Source: Pseudogymnoascus verrucosus | Taxonomy: Eukaryota | DNA length: 64,000 nt | NCBI GenBank assembly: GCA_001662655.1 | Contig: KV460215.1 | Strand: one strand, 5' to 3' | In this document: positions 10,922 through 24,500 of the stretch, piece by piece | How the letters are laid out: each line of letters opens with the position of its first letter | Numbering within the stretch: the first letter of the stretch is position 1 | Translations under genes and position numbers: made by a program | The notes under the pieces: generated by a model | What the model was told of the DNA's origin: nothing | The model's input: the letters and a program-made list of their open reading frames with translations, nothing else | Databases searched by the model: none

Positions 10922-13384
10922 TGTTGCAACTTCTGTCGGCTTTGGCGGGGTAAAAAGCTAGATCAAGGACAGCGTGGCTGACGGTGCGACAGCTCGTCTG
11001 TCGTGTAGTTAAAAGAATACTCCTGCAAGATCATCAAGATACTTGAAGGCAGTGGTCGTAAAGAGCACCTTTTTGCAAGGCACGGAGTTGTCGGTTGGGC
11101 GTTTCGGCGGCTTGCTGCAAGGCCGGTCTGCTGGTTACATTCCTAAGACAGTGTGTCTTTGTTCAAACAGTCGATCCTGCGTTTGAAGAAGGTGTGAACA
11201 GATCGGTTATCGAAGTTGTAGAGAGGATTCCTGTCGGTTTTCTATGTTTCTGTCATAATCTCCACTTTCGGATTCGATGAGCATCATCATCCATTATAAT
11301 TATCAGATTTAGTGGCTGAGAGCCTTGGGAGGGGACACTTTTTCAACCGACGTCAGGCCCGCGCTAAGGCCAAGAGAAGGCTAGGCACTCGGCGATACAG
11401 CGCGAGCAAGGCATGGGAAGACTGGGAAGGTATGGGCAAGGAACGGAAAAGGCCCACTGTAGCACTGGTGGCGGTGCGGAATATGCGCTAATTAAGTTAC
11501 AGTACTGTACATCCGGCCTATCTTCTCCCTGTTCTCCTTGTTCTCCCTCAAATCCCTCCCTCTAAACGGACAAAATATCGATATATCGATATACCGATAT
11601 ATCGACATAGTCAGTCTCTTTCTTCATAATCACAATAAAGTGTTACGGGCGGACACGGACACGTCCCTGGCAACAAACATGCAAATGCAGAATATGCAGT
11701 TTGCCTCATTCTTCCTGGGGAGGAGGGATCTTACTCTATTTTCCCGGGCAGGAAACGAGAGATGTTTCATCCCAAATGATACATCAAACTGGCGGCGCGT
11801 ATGCATCGATCGTATCTTGCTCGGGCCAGGCTGAACCGACACGACTGACTGACTCCTCAGCTCAGCCCGGAGTCTATATCCATGCCTGCATTCGGCCATA
11901 TACCATATACTACCAGCAATTGCTATTGGAGTCCCAATCTTACGCCAACTACGGGAAGCAGGGAGCCAGCAGACGGGGGCTAGAGCACCACCACTACCCA
12001 CTACCAGCGGCTGCATGCCCGTATGAGGCACATACATCATACATATGCAATAGATTTTGAGGGAACAATGGTGCTGATGCACGGTGCTATGCATATGGAA
12101 TTCACAACGAACCATCCAAGCACCACCCTACGAGCCATGCTCGCGGCCCTTAAATATCTCATCTCCGCGCTCCCGTAACTCAAGATGAGAGTTTAAAACG
12201 GAAAATGCATGCTGGAGCCCAATTGCTGCCCACAAGTATGGGCCACTAACACTGGCCTAAGCTGACACGCGGTCGGCCTCATTGGCTCCAAGCGCGCATT
12301 CCAAGGGGTACTGAGGTATACGTGTGATAGAGTATACTCTATGTGTGATATGCGCCCATGCCGGCAAATATGCAGTCCTGTATGGCTCAGCAGCCTCAGC
12401 ATCAACTACAGGGAGTACTTGTACTGTAGTAGAGTACTCTAGCAGACACTCTAGCAGATACTCAGTGTTGTTGAACTTGGACCTCGACAAAAAAGATCGC
12501 GTGGCGCGGCGGTTCACGAAAACATCGTTGAGCCGTTTATTTCCGACACGCAGGACCCGTAGGGCATCAATTCCCTCACACTACTAAATGCCGTCCGCCG
12601 CCCCAGACCCCAGAACTCCAGGGCGCATCTCGGCGCGACAAACCGACGACGACGACGCACCCCAACAAAATATGCGCTTCTCTGAGTTTAGCCAGAAGTT
12701 AGCCCAGAAGCACGTTATCCCTACTCCTTGATTGTTGCGAAAACGCCGTTGTAGCAAATCAGCTTCTCGGCTTCTTTTTCATGATCGGCCTGCGCCTCGC
12801 TTGGCTTGCCACCCCCCAGCGAACACCCGCCGCTGGTCTAGCCTCAGATCTTGCCGCTCCTCCGGGTCCCCCCCATCACGAATGCGGAGAGTTCTAGGTC
12901 CGTCGCTGCGGCTTTGCGTAAGTGAAAGCCGCACACCCTCCCATAGGCAACTTTCACATGTACGGAGAATCACGTTGTTACACAGTAGCATTTGAGGTCG
13001 ATGAAACGTTTGCGTACAGTAATTGGACTGAAAAGAGGGTGCATGCGCCATTTTCGCTCATATATATCTATAGGTCGGTGATTCTATAGGTAGGTTGACG
13101 GTGGGACCAGGCCTGTCACAGAAGCCAAGGCTGTATGTGTTGTGCTTCAACTCATTTTCCAGGCTCCAAGAGAGCAGCCGACTGAAAAGACTGAAGTCCC
13201 CTTGTTACCAAACAGGAGGGTGTGGCACGCGGTTAGATTAGGTGCACAATCTGCAGCACTTTCTGTTTTTAGGATGGCTTGAGAACAGCCAGGTCATAGG
13301 GCCTTCCATTCCATCGACGGGCATGTCATGGGATTTCATCTGTCGGGCGGATTCAATTGCGTAACGCCCTGTTCATTACTATTC

Positions 13385-15110
13385 TCAGTGCCTCCAGGTC
13401 CTGATGGCCTTGTCCTTTCCTCCACTACAGACCATTTTCCCATCTGGGCTCCAGTCGACCGAGTACACTTCGTCTTGATGGCCAGGCAAATCTAGAACGT
13501 TGTATTAGATAAGTCTTGGTACGTTGGGGTTATGATATGGGTGAGGGGTGATGAGGGGTCGTGCGGGGTTATTTTGTCCACGGCAACAATTGCTGGGCGG
13601 GGTACGTACCAACTGCGAGCTTGTGCGTCCTCATGTCCCAGCACTTCAGCGTCGTGTCTTTGCTGCCGGTTACCAGCAATCTCGAGTCCGGGCTAAAGGC
13701 GCATTGATACACTGGTCCAACATGGCCCCTAAGTGTGTTGATGAACTTTCCGTCACGTGCGTTCCAGAGCTTCGTGGAGTTGTCGAAAGCGCTCGAAGCG
13801 ATGAGCAACCCATCCGGTGAGAAGGTCACATGATTCACTTGTTTCTGATGTCCCATGAGCCTAGCAATATGTTTCGTCCCCTTAGAAGGTTCCCAGAGGA
13901 ACATGGTGAAGTCATCCGAGGCGGAGACGAGGCGTTCAACGACCTCTCCCTGGATAGTGGCTGCCTTGAGGAACCGCTCTTTCGCTGCGGCCACCTTGCC
14001 TTCCTGTGTCTCAGGGATCTTGCCAGTGTGGTCATGGTAGGCGGTGCGGAGGACGAAGTCTGTGGACAACGCGAGATGGTTGACCCAATGCGCGTGGGAG
14101 CTCAAAGTGTGAGCCAAAGTGCCGTCACTGACGTTCCACACCTTGATGGTCTTGTCGTGGGACGCCGAGTAGATGAACCCAGTTCCTCCCCACTTCACGC
14201 ACGACACGGATCCCTTGTGCCCGCTGAATACCATATCGATCTTCCCCTGGTTTGTCGACCACACTCTAACCGTGCAATCCTTCGACGACGAGGCGAGTCT
14301 CGGCTCTCCTGGCTTCTGCATATGGTATGGCTCCCAGCTCAAACTCGTAACCCACTTTGAGTGACCCTTCATCGGCTTGCCCATTTCGCCACCAGTTTTC
14401 GGGTCCCATAAACGCACTGTGTTATCCATACTACCAGTTGCTATCCTAGAGTCGTCCGGCGACCAGCTAACGGCCAACACCCAGCTCGTATGTCCCTTCA
14501 GCGTGTGGATGGGAGTACCAGTATCGCAGTCCATTATCCTTGCAGTATTATCACCACTACCGCTAACCATCCTGGACGAACTCCTCGGTGAGAATTGCGT
14601 GGCTAAAATGGCTTCGCCATGTCCTGGGATCGTGGATGCGCATCGCGAGACTGGCTTGACTTTGAAAACTGCTTGTGGTGCAGCAGAGATGTTCTGTACC
14701 TCTTCGGTACTTATTAATCCCGGCAGCAGGAGGGTTTTGTAGACGTTGGTAGGGAAGGCAGTTGTGACGAGGTTTGTGGAGGATTTCCTTTCTGGGACGG
14801 GGAGGGTGAAGCGATAAGGAATATGGTCGGATTCATCCTGAGATATATTAGCACCAGCGCAAACGAGAAGTCGGAATATACTAACATGGCCTTGCAGAGC
14901 ATTGACAAGATTCTCTAAGTTCTTTGGGTTTGCATCCGCAACTGAAACCAAGACCGGTGTGCCGATTGGGAGGCCTGTTGTCTCGTCGAAAAACTGTATC
15001 CGCAAGCTCCCCGCATCGGCTGGAATCTCTTCGATGGCTTGTTGCTGTCCCGCTCTCTCTGCGGCGTCCGTTCTTGCGCGCTTACTCGGGGGAGGTAAGA
15101 CGGTCGACAT
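13385..15110 (-). CDS. RSA4: Ribosome assembly protein 4 / Notchless WD40 protein
   Basis: Starts MSTVLPPPSKR; PQAVFKVKPVSRC; multiple WD repeats; last exon DLPGHQDEVYSVDWSPDG...TWRH*. Confidence 0.93.
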
Positions 15111-15418
15111 TTTGTAAAATATATGCCGAAAAAACTTGATGTGTATGCAGGAATATGAAGTAAGTCCCTTCAAGCGCCGTCCCATGAAGTCTCGACGAGG
15201 CTCGAAAATATTTTGGTGCTTGGTCCGTGCTTTCAGCCTTGTGGTAGCCTTGTACCCCACATACGTCGACTTCATGGCCTTCCACCACCAGTCCTATAGA
15301 ATAATCCATATCACAGCCATAGAGGGCCAATCTGGCATATTAGTTCAAAATTACACTTTATTGACGTTGATATTTGAAATAACGTCTTGAAAAACACTAA
15401 CGAAGGATCTACAGTGCA

Positions 15419-18400
15419 ATGTCTAGCACGCCAAGGCCATCCACCTCCTTCAGTGCTCGGACTGCCATATCACATCGTCACGATGGAGACACTGCTTCAA
15501 CTTCCCAAGGGCAGAGCATACAGCGTACTCTAAGTCGAGCTACTACCCGTCCACCGACGAGGGCACGCTCGCGAGCCGCATCATCCATCGGCGGCGGGCT
15601 ATCACAGCACATAGTGTGCGCTGTGAGTGAAAGCCGAGGAGTATCCCCCACCGTCGGCCTGGCATTTGTGAATGTATCCACCGGAGAAGCCGTGATGAGC
15701 CAAATATGTGACAACCAATTTTATGTGAGGACCGTACTGAAGCTCCAGGTGTTTGAGCCCACCGAAATTCTTCTGGTATCTACTTCTGGCCCTCCGAATC
15801 AGAAGTCAAAGATGTATTCCTTGATTGAAGAGGAGGTCATTGGTTCCAGGATTGTTTGTGTTGACCGTAGGTATTGGTCTGAACCCGCCGGGATGGATTT
15901 CATTCAACAGCTAGCCTTCCCGGAAGATGTCGAGGCCATCAAGGTTGCCACTGGAGGCAATTTCTATGCCACATGTTGTCTCGCAGCGGTATGCGAGCCA
16001 TGATTTCGAAATATGAAGATGTATGCATTCTGATCTGTGGTTTCCTTCTAGTCTCTGCGATATATGGAACATTCCCTTTCTCTTACATTTGCCTCTCATT
16101 CCCTTCGAATCAAATACCAGCCATCTGAGGGCTCTATGATGATTGATCTTTCTACTATTCAGTCCCTTGAACTTATCCAGAATATTACCAATGTCAAGTC
16201 AAAGGACTGTCTGTTCGGCCTCTTGAATGAGACATTAACTCCAATGGGCTCGAGGATGCTTCGAAGCAACATTTTACAGCCTTCAACGCAAGAGAGCATA
16301 CTCAAGAACCGCTATGAAGCTGTCGGTGAATTGGCATCTAAGGAGGAGATGTTTTTTGACACAAGAAATGGCAAGCATGTCGTAAACAGTATCTATTTTT
16401 ATTTATAATTAACTGCCATCAGCTCTTAAGCCTTTTCACGACGTCGACAAGCTCTTGACCAATGTATGTTGCGGTCAGTACTGTCCAGGGGCCATGCTAA
16501 TGTGCAAAGCTCATCATCCAACCAACCCAGCCCGATATTCAGCATTCAGAACAGTCTATCAACCACATACTGATGCTGAAAACATTCGTCCAATGTGTTG
16601 GTCCCGTATATGAAGCATTGTCAGGCGCGAGATCACCACTGTTGGTCGACATCAGAAATGTTTGTCGGCCAAACAATATTACTCCCACATTGAAAATAAT
16701 CGGGGAAGTAATCAACGACGATGTGACTTTCCAGCGCAGTCCGCTCGATTTGCGGAATCAGAGGACATATGCAGTGAAGGTATGGCTACTATCAATTCTC
16801 ACAACCAAATCTAATTTTCAATAGTCTGGTGTCAACGGGCTGCTAGATGTGGCTCGTCAAACTTTTAGAGAGGCAACACAAGATGTGCATAAACATGTTT
16901 CTGACATCAACGGTGAGTTAATAGTTCCAAAATGCAGTCATATTCATGATTCTGACACAGATAAGACCAATACGAGATGCAAATGGAGACCAGATATGAT
17001 AATGCGAGAAGATACTACCTCAGGATCCCGGAATCTAATCTAGAAGGGCGGACAATGCCGGATATTCTCATCAACTGCTACAGAAAGAAGGGGTACATCG
17101 AGTGCCAGACCTTGGATTTGGTCAAGCTCAATCAAAGGATTGAGGATTCCCACCAAGAAGTTGTTTTGATGAGTGACAAGACCGTTGCGCAGCTTATTGA
17201 CAATGTTCGCGCAGAAATTCAGCCACTGTTTCGCGTATCTGACAGCATAGCCATGCTTGACATGCTTGCAGCATTCGCTCAGCTGGTAACGACGAGTGAT
17301 TATATTAAACCGGAAATTACGAGGTGCCTGGCCATCAAATCTGGTCGCCATCCAGTTCATGAGAAGGTATTGACGCTTGCTACGATCAAGGGGCAATACT
17401 AACATATGTCAGGCGCATTCTGAGAAGTTTATTCCCAATGATGTCTATGCGGACAAGCAACAGCGGTTCCAGATAATTACCGGATGCAATATGAGCGGGA
17501 AGAGCACTTACATTCGTTCGATTGCCCTGATGACTGTTATGGCCCAAATCGGAAGCTTTGTGCCAGCGCAGTATGCTTCGTTTCCCATTGTGGACCAGCT
17601 ATTTGCAAGGGTGTCGATGGACGACTGCATCGAAGCTAATGTTTCTACATTTGCATCAGAAATGAGGGAGACTGCGTTCATCCTTAGGTATACTTGTATC
17701 AAAAAGTTGGCAACTCGATCCACTAATGGTTTTCAGGAATATCGGAAATAATAGTCTGGTGATCATTGATGAACTTGGGCGCGGCACCAGCACCAGAGAC
17801 GGGCTGGCGATTGCGTTGAGTATTTCAGAAGCTCTCGTCGAGTCTCAAGCTTTTGTCTGGTTCACAACTCACTTCCGAGAACTCGGTATGATTGTCCTTC
17901 TTCAACTGCGTAACCTCAAACTCATGTCACCAGCTCAGATAATGAACGAGCGCGCCGGTGTCGTTAACATGCACCTTAAAGTCGACATCAGCCAAGAAGA
18001 TAAAATGGTCATGCTATACAAAATAGCAAACGGCTTCGTGAAAGAAGAACACTACGGTCTCGCTCTAGCCCGCGTCGTGAACCTCCCACCCCTGATTCTC
18101 GAGGTTGCAGAGAAAGTATCTAAGAAGCTACAGGCGCAGGCAGCAGCGAAGAAGAAATCCTCTAAATCGTTTGCGATTGCACGGAAGCGGAAGTTGGTGT
18201 TGAGTCTGAGAGAAGTGCTGTTGCAGGCTCAGGAGAGCTCGATGCAGGGGAAGGCGTTGATGGAGTATCTGCGGAAGGTGCAGGAGGAATTTGTGAAAAG
18301 GATGGATTGCATCGAGAATGAAGCTGAGGATTCAGGTGATGAAGGTGTGGTTGGAGAGGAAGAGTTGAGTGACAATGACGACGGCAGCGACGAGAACCTG

Positions 18401-18487
18401 GGACGGGAAGGAGAATTCAACGAGGCCGACGATGATAGTGATGAAAGCGAGATGACTGGTACAGATAAAACAGAAATGCTTGTTTGA
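15419..18487 (+). CDS. MSH4: Meiotic MutS homolog 4 (multi-exon)
   Basis: VCAVSESRGVSPTVGLAF, Walker A ITGCNMSGKST, STFASEM, IIDELGRGTS and FTTHF motifs; no mismatch-binding N-terminal domain. Confidence 0.9.
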
Positions 18488-18735
18488 TGATAAGGAGAGT
18501 ATGCCTACCATTGGCTCCAATAGCTTCAAACATATGGGGAGCTTTCAGTTTCAGATTACTTAGCAGATTGATAGCCTAGCAAAATATTTTGACAAATCAC
18601 AAGACTAAGAACGAAGGACAGGCATGGATCTATACGTAGTATATTGCCTCGGGTATCTTTCTATCAATTGATTCAAGCGCTATGCAATACCTCTATATCA
18701 GGCGCGGCTGAGACGCTATTCAAAACCTGATGTGT

Positions 18736-19968
18736 TCATCCCTTTATCATAAAAATCTAGGACAGTTAGTAATCGATCAGGGAGATAAAATTCGGATCTT
18801 TCATACCTCGTTCAACGAAGCGCTATTCATCGCTGCAAGCCTCTTCTGTGCAATATTCCTTGACCGAACTGCATGTCGACCACCAAGGAGAATCGGCCGA
18901 GATGATATTTCTACAACCACAGGCGTAGTATCTGAAGAATTAGACGCGGTCTTCTCCGATTTGGATTTCTTTGATTTTGACTTCGACTTTGACGACTTTG
19001 ACGTAACGGCGCTGTCTGAGTCCAACGAATCCTCGGAGGGTTTGCTCTTAGACTTCTTCTTCTTGTCTTTCTTATCCTTCTTATCCTTCTTATCCTTCTT
19101 TTCCTTCTTATCTTTCTTAGATTTGCTCTTGCCGTCTTTGGATTCAGAAGCATCTTCTTCTGACTCGCTCTTCTTAGATTTCTTGGACTTCTTGGTCTTA
19201 TCCACTATGGAAACGCCGCCGTCTTCCTCCACATCAGCCAACTTCCGCTTCTTCTTCGATTTTGATTTGCCGTTTTCAGAATCAACTGACGCCTCAGAAA
19301 CCTCAACTTCAATCTCTTTGCTCGATTTCTTCGACTTCTTCGACTTCTTCTCTTTCATGACTACCGGTTCTGGAGTTGTGTCAGAATCAGAATCGGAGCC
19401 CGAATCACCCGAGTCCTCTGAGCCACTTGACGAAGAATCAACAGCCAGTTGACGTAGGCGGTCCGCTTCTCCATCAATGAGATCTTGGATCTTATCTCCT
19501 ATAAGGAACCCTCCACTGACGAATCTGATCGATCCCCACTTCCTCTCCGAGTAGATCGCCCTCTTCAAGTCCTCCCTGGACTTCTGTTCCCGTTCCATCT
19601 CATCCTCGTCTCTACCGTTCAAACGGCCCAGGAGGTTCTGAAAAACGTCCAATCCAACGCACTCGCCTTGTTCCAGGCCGCTGCCTTTCTTGGCGCCGAT
19701 ACCGAGATTATCGTCCTTCAGGACAACACGGATGTGAGAGGCGTTGGCCTCAGTGTGGAACTCGGCATGAGGGGCATCTTTGATACCTAGATACTCGCCA
19801 GGCGTCCATCCCTGCGACTTCATAATCTTATGGCCGAAGCCAGTCGTGTCCTTCGTCCATGTTGTGTTATTCGGGTCCTTGGAAAGCTTTAACCGCCTTA
19901 GAAATGTTAGCAACGGAGAATCCGAGATTTTTTTCCGCGACTTACTTCCGAGGCTCTGCGAGACCCAT
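18736..19968 (-). CDS. PXR1: G-patch nucleolar protein Pxr1/Gno1 (PinX1)
   Basis: Micro-exon MGLAEPR spliced to LSKDPNNTTW; G-patch FGHKIMKSQGWTPGEYLG...DDNLGIGA; K/D/S-rich tail; last exon IFMIKG*. Confidence 0.9.
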
Positions 19969-20570
19969 TTTGTGCTAACGAAACGTCGGTTGACGTGGAA
20001 GGTGTCAAACTTCAATGGCCCAGTGTCACTGGAGAACTTAGATTTCGCTGAATACCCCAGGCGCAGGATGGGCGGCGGGCGCAAGAGAAGTGGTTTCTGT
20101 CGAGGCTTTGGGGGGAGGTAGTGGTTAGGTCGAGAATTAATAGTAAACAGTAAACAGTAGCTGCAAACTCCAAGCGCCAAAGTGAATAGGCAGTGTAGTG
20201 AGGTATGCCTAGCCCAACAAGATGCGAAGCAGCAGAGCGAAAAGATTGTGGCAGGAGCAAGTTTCAATGATTGTTATCTCTTGTTATCGGGAAAACTTTT
20301 GAAGATTGTGGGGATTGGATGATCAATCGGAAAAATAGTTTCTCCGCGTCCGGGATTTAAGGTCCCTCCCAATAGGTATCAAATGCATCAAGGTGAAGCT
20401 TCAAAACTTATCTGATAACAACTGGTAAAAGTCAAGTATATACAGTCTCTTTCATTCCTCTAGGTGTATACAAAAATTCCTCTTTCCTTGTTTTCCGTTA
20501 TTACATACGCTACATCCCATCTCCCAAGTTGTCACCCGCAGCCTTCACGAGTCCAAGTTTGACCGCGGCC

Positions 20571-21320
20571 ATGTCTTCTCCTAGCGACAACGAAGAGTCG
20601 AGCCCAGATGGCATTAATTCGATCGACCATGTTCGGAGAGCTGGACAAATTCTTGCGGCTGTGAGACCAACGATCAACATATGATATTCTTTCATATTAA
20701 TATCCACCCAGGGCAAACGAAAGAAGGAAGCCAAGCTGAAAGCCATCGAGAAAGAGTTCAATCAGAGAGTCGAAAAGGCACACACCAGCTTTCAGGAATT
20801 CCTTGAGGCTCATAATTCAAGGGTGTAAGTAGGAATCCCATCTGCTATATACACCATGAACATGTTTCTTTTACTCTTTATAATCCTTTCCTCGACCTTG
20901 CGAGGCAGTCACGCCCATCTATCGCTACATATGAGCATCCGCAAAGGCAAGAAATTAACTTCTATTAGCTCTGAAGCTCAGAAAGCTCAAATGAATAGTC
21001 TCAACCACGCCCTTCATAGACGCCAACTGGTGGAAATTGACATTTGGAAGCAGCTCAAGGCTCTCGAGAAGTCAAGAAGAGCACTCGCGAAGCTTCTGAT
21101 TGAGGTGTGCCAGGCGCGCTTGGAGACTACGGCCGAGATCGGTACGACGGGACGCGTGCCTGAGAAGGCACCCAAGCTGGTATGCAACGGCCTCATATTG
21201 TGCGAGTGTGATGATGCTGATGACCAATCGAGTGACCAGAGGCGGCCAGAGGCCAGAGAGAAACTGCCAACCAATATCTCACACTCCATATTGTTATACA
21301 AACTTTGCTACATTCACTAA
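20571..21320 (+). CDS. Hypothetical small coiled-coil protein (at least 3 exons; 3' end uncertain)
   Basis: ATG 20571; introns GTGAGA..CAG and GTAAGT..TAG join MSSPSDNEE...LAA / GKRKKEAKLKAIEKEFNQRVEK... / SEAQKAQMNSLNHALHRRQLVE... in one frame. Confidence 0.55.
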
Positions 21321-21521
21321 CACATGTATTTTGCTGGACGTAAGAAGATATGCATACGGAAGAGGACTCTTTAGGGAGGCGATTACTAATATGAATACAC
21401 GGGCTGAACGTCAAATTATGGGCTTGTTTTGCATCACAACCTGTGATTATAGAACTGCTAATAACTATACAATTCCAACTCCCTGGTACCAAACCAGAGA
21501 CAGAAGCTGCTTCTGTCCCTC

Positions 21522-24500
21522 TTACCTAATCTCAATATCTATCCTGGCCACTCCTGTCAATTGCTCGACCAAATCACGCCGATAACCATAGTGGAGGCCA
21601 TCGCCATCATTCGCCATAGCAATGGCCTCGAATGAATGATCGGTCTCAAACCTACTACGCCTCTTCAAACAATCTGCATCTCCCTCGCGGTCATCTTGAG
21701 TGACAACGCGGGATTCGTGATTACGCAGGCTATCCATTAACACCTGGCCTTCGGCGTCTTGCTCTAAGCTCGAGCTGTTGCGCCGACGCCGAGAGCTTCT
21801 GGTCACTTCCGAGGAGAGCCCAGAAGCCGTTCCATCGAACTGCTCCTGTTGAGAGGGCGTTGCATCGAAATCGCTACCAGGACGTGACGCAGGTCGGTCA
21901 CACATTTCGATATCCCCGTTGCCATCGATTTCTCTAATAGTGCCATCTTGCACCACTAACCTCTGGATGTGGTCGTGATGAGGCGTTCCACGGTCAAGCT
22001 TCCAAGTGAGTGCTACTCCCTGCCTGGTAAACGCCCAGATAGTAATGCCAACCCCTGACCCAGTGTGAATTGCTACATCAACAAGTCCTGCACACTGTCC
22101 AACCTGTTGGCCCCGAACCTGGAGTGGCCACATCGTGTTCGTCCTGCTACCATATCCGAAGGTGGGCCATTGCAGGAGGCGGTCCCCGTCATTGCCCCAC
22201 CAAGGCATCCAGTCTGCGTTTCCCCTCGCCGTTTCTCTACTAATGGTAGCAAAGGAATTGATAATGTGAGGTTGCTCTCCTCTTCCATGGCCATCAGTGA
22301 ATACATCTATAGGGATACTGAAAAGACAAATAGTTTGCTCTTTACCCAGTCCATATGCCGCAATAACTCGGACTCCCCACCGAAGGTCACAGGCTGCTGC
22401 ATAGGCAACCGGGCTGCCTTCACCAACGGGGCCAGAAAACCACAGCTTTCTCAACAATTTTGTTGGCCCTCCAAACGGTGCATCACTTCCCAGGCAGAGA
22501 ACACCAGAGTTTGGATCTATGAATAACAGATGATAGCCGTCACTGAGAGGTACAGCCCGGTAATGTTCGCTGCCATTTCTGATGCGGCCTCGAGACTCAG
22601 ATTCAATATCCGTATCAACGAACATGTCATTAGCATCCCATCCGCCCTGGGCCCAGAATACGCTAGACCTTTTATGCCCAGAGAAGCGTTCACCAACAGA
22701 GATTCTCTCTCTCGGTGTGCCTTGGGTACTCACCAAGCGAAGTTTCTTTGCTAAATCTACTCCCGTCCTAGGGGGAAGAAAGTAGAGATGGTCGCTAGGT
22801 GCTGTAAGTGGGAACCAACGGTTTAGATCCTCTCCTGTCAACGCATCAATCCAATGCAACTCAATCCCTGATGAACATCCAAAGGCAACGCAACGGCGCT
22901 GAGGGCATATGGCGATGGACCTTGGAGGGTCATCAGGGGAACATATGAGAGTGTAAAGCGTTGGTGGCGATGCCTCCGTCGGCATCAGATAGGAAGATGT
23001 CGTCTGCGGTTCAGGTCTTACTCTCCTTTGTGCAGTCGATGTATAATAATCGCGGCCAACGTATCTCTCCCCTAACTCACGGCCTGAATATCTATCTGCC
23101 AGAGGTTGTCCAGGAGCCAGGACAGAGACCCGAAGGTATTGATTTGAAGCCTCTGGAGAGGAACGAAGAGAATGCGAAGTCCCAAGTGATACGTTCTGTC
23201 TCCAACTCCCCCCGCGCAATACTGGGAAAACATTCGATTGTTCTTGCATTTTTCTCAAGTCTCGCGTCCTAGTCGGCCCGGGACGATTCGTGTTTCCTGT
23301 TATGGCACACACAAGACCCATGCGACCATCCATCAGAACAGCAATTGCATCGCGGTTTGAAGAAGTATCCATACTGCAGCCAAGCACCCTTCTAGGGCAA
23401 ATTATACTTGTTATTGGTCGGATTGCTCCACTTTCGATATCGTCAGCTCCTTTCCCTGTTCTATGACTTCGGTTGAGTTCATAGACAAACACCATACACC
23501 CTCGTGCCACCATGAGAAATTTGGTACATGCACTGACGATGAAAAGCAGGCCACATGCTTCAGAACTTGAACCAGGGTAATGGGTACCCATATTGGTAAA
23601 ATCCAGCTTGGAGATGAGTCGGAATGGTGTCTTATTCGCTACTCCTTTGGAATGTGTCGGGATTTGCTCTGTTGGTAGAGATGGTATGCCATTCCCCCGC
23701 CAATCGGGCCCAAGAGCACATTCTTTAGCTAGGTGCTTGCTCATAAGCCATTCATCTGTCATGCGAAGGTGATCGTCAAGATATTTATTGTTGAACAACT
23801 CTCGCTGTATGCTAGCAAACCACCCACTTCGCTTCAGCATTGTCTCCAGCAAGGAATGCTCCAAGCTACTGATGAACCATGACCTACACGAGTGCCTAGC
23901 AGAGTTAAAATCTGAAGGTGAGAGCCGCCTGTAAATCTTTGTCAGTATTTCTGGCGGAAGAACCGATGCTGTCGATGGCTTCTCTACAAGGCCCTCTGGT
24001 TCGTCGTGACTTAAGGTCCGTGTCTGAGGCGAGGAGGGTAAACGTTCCACGTCTAAATGAAGTGTTCGGCCACTTCTTATGGATTGTATGACTCCTCTAG
24101 CAGATATGGTCTCGGCGTGAGAGCGTGGCTTGGAGTCGTTGGTCGCGGCCACCTTTCTGGTACGAGTGGCCCACGGAATCTTCTTGCTTCTAATGCTGTA
24201 TTGGTCGGATGTGCTTCTCACGGACGGTTTTCGAGTCGTGGGAACTGGGGTTCCGCCCCTTTCCAGTGTTTCATTGACACTGGCACACATCTGGCCAGGC
24301 GCCAAAGGTTCTAAAACAATATCTTCTAACTCGCCAAGAGAGCTCGACCGGCCTTTATAAAACGCACCTCTTCTTGTTGGGCTTTTCTTCATGAACCTAA
24401 CGTTGACTTCAATCGATGCATCATTGGCTCTATTTCGAGATTCGGCTCTTGACAATGGATTGGGAACCTTCCGAGTCCTTCTCAAAGCTCTGCCCCTTTG

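Noticed and set aside
10922..13384. Many 60-160-aa ORFs in the TPS3-RSA4 gap
   Set aside because: No motifs, consistent splice structure or codon bias; most likely promoter/UTR sequence.
15111..15275. N-terminal extension of the RSA4 ORF from 15275
   Set aside because: The conserved protein starts at MSTVLPPPSKR (15110); the extension falls in the shared RSA4/MSH4 promoter.
18730..19452. 240-aa F/L/S-rich ORF on the plus strand
   Set aside because: Antisense shadow of the low-complexity K/D/S tail of PXR1.
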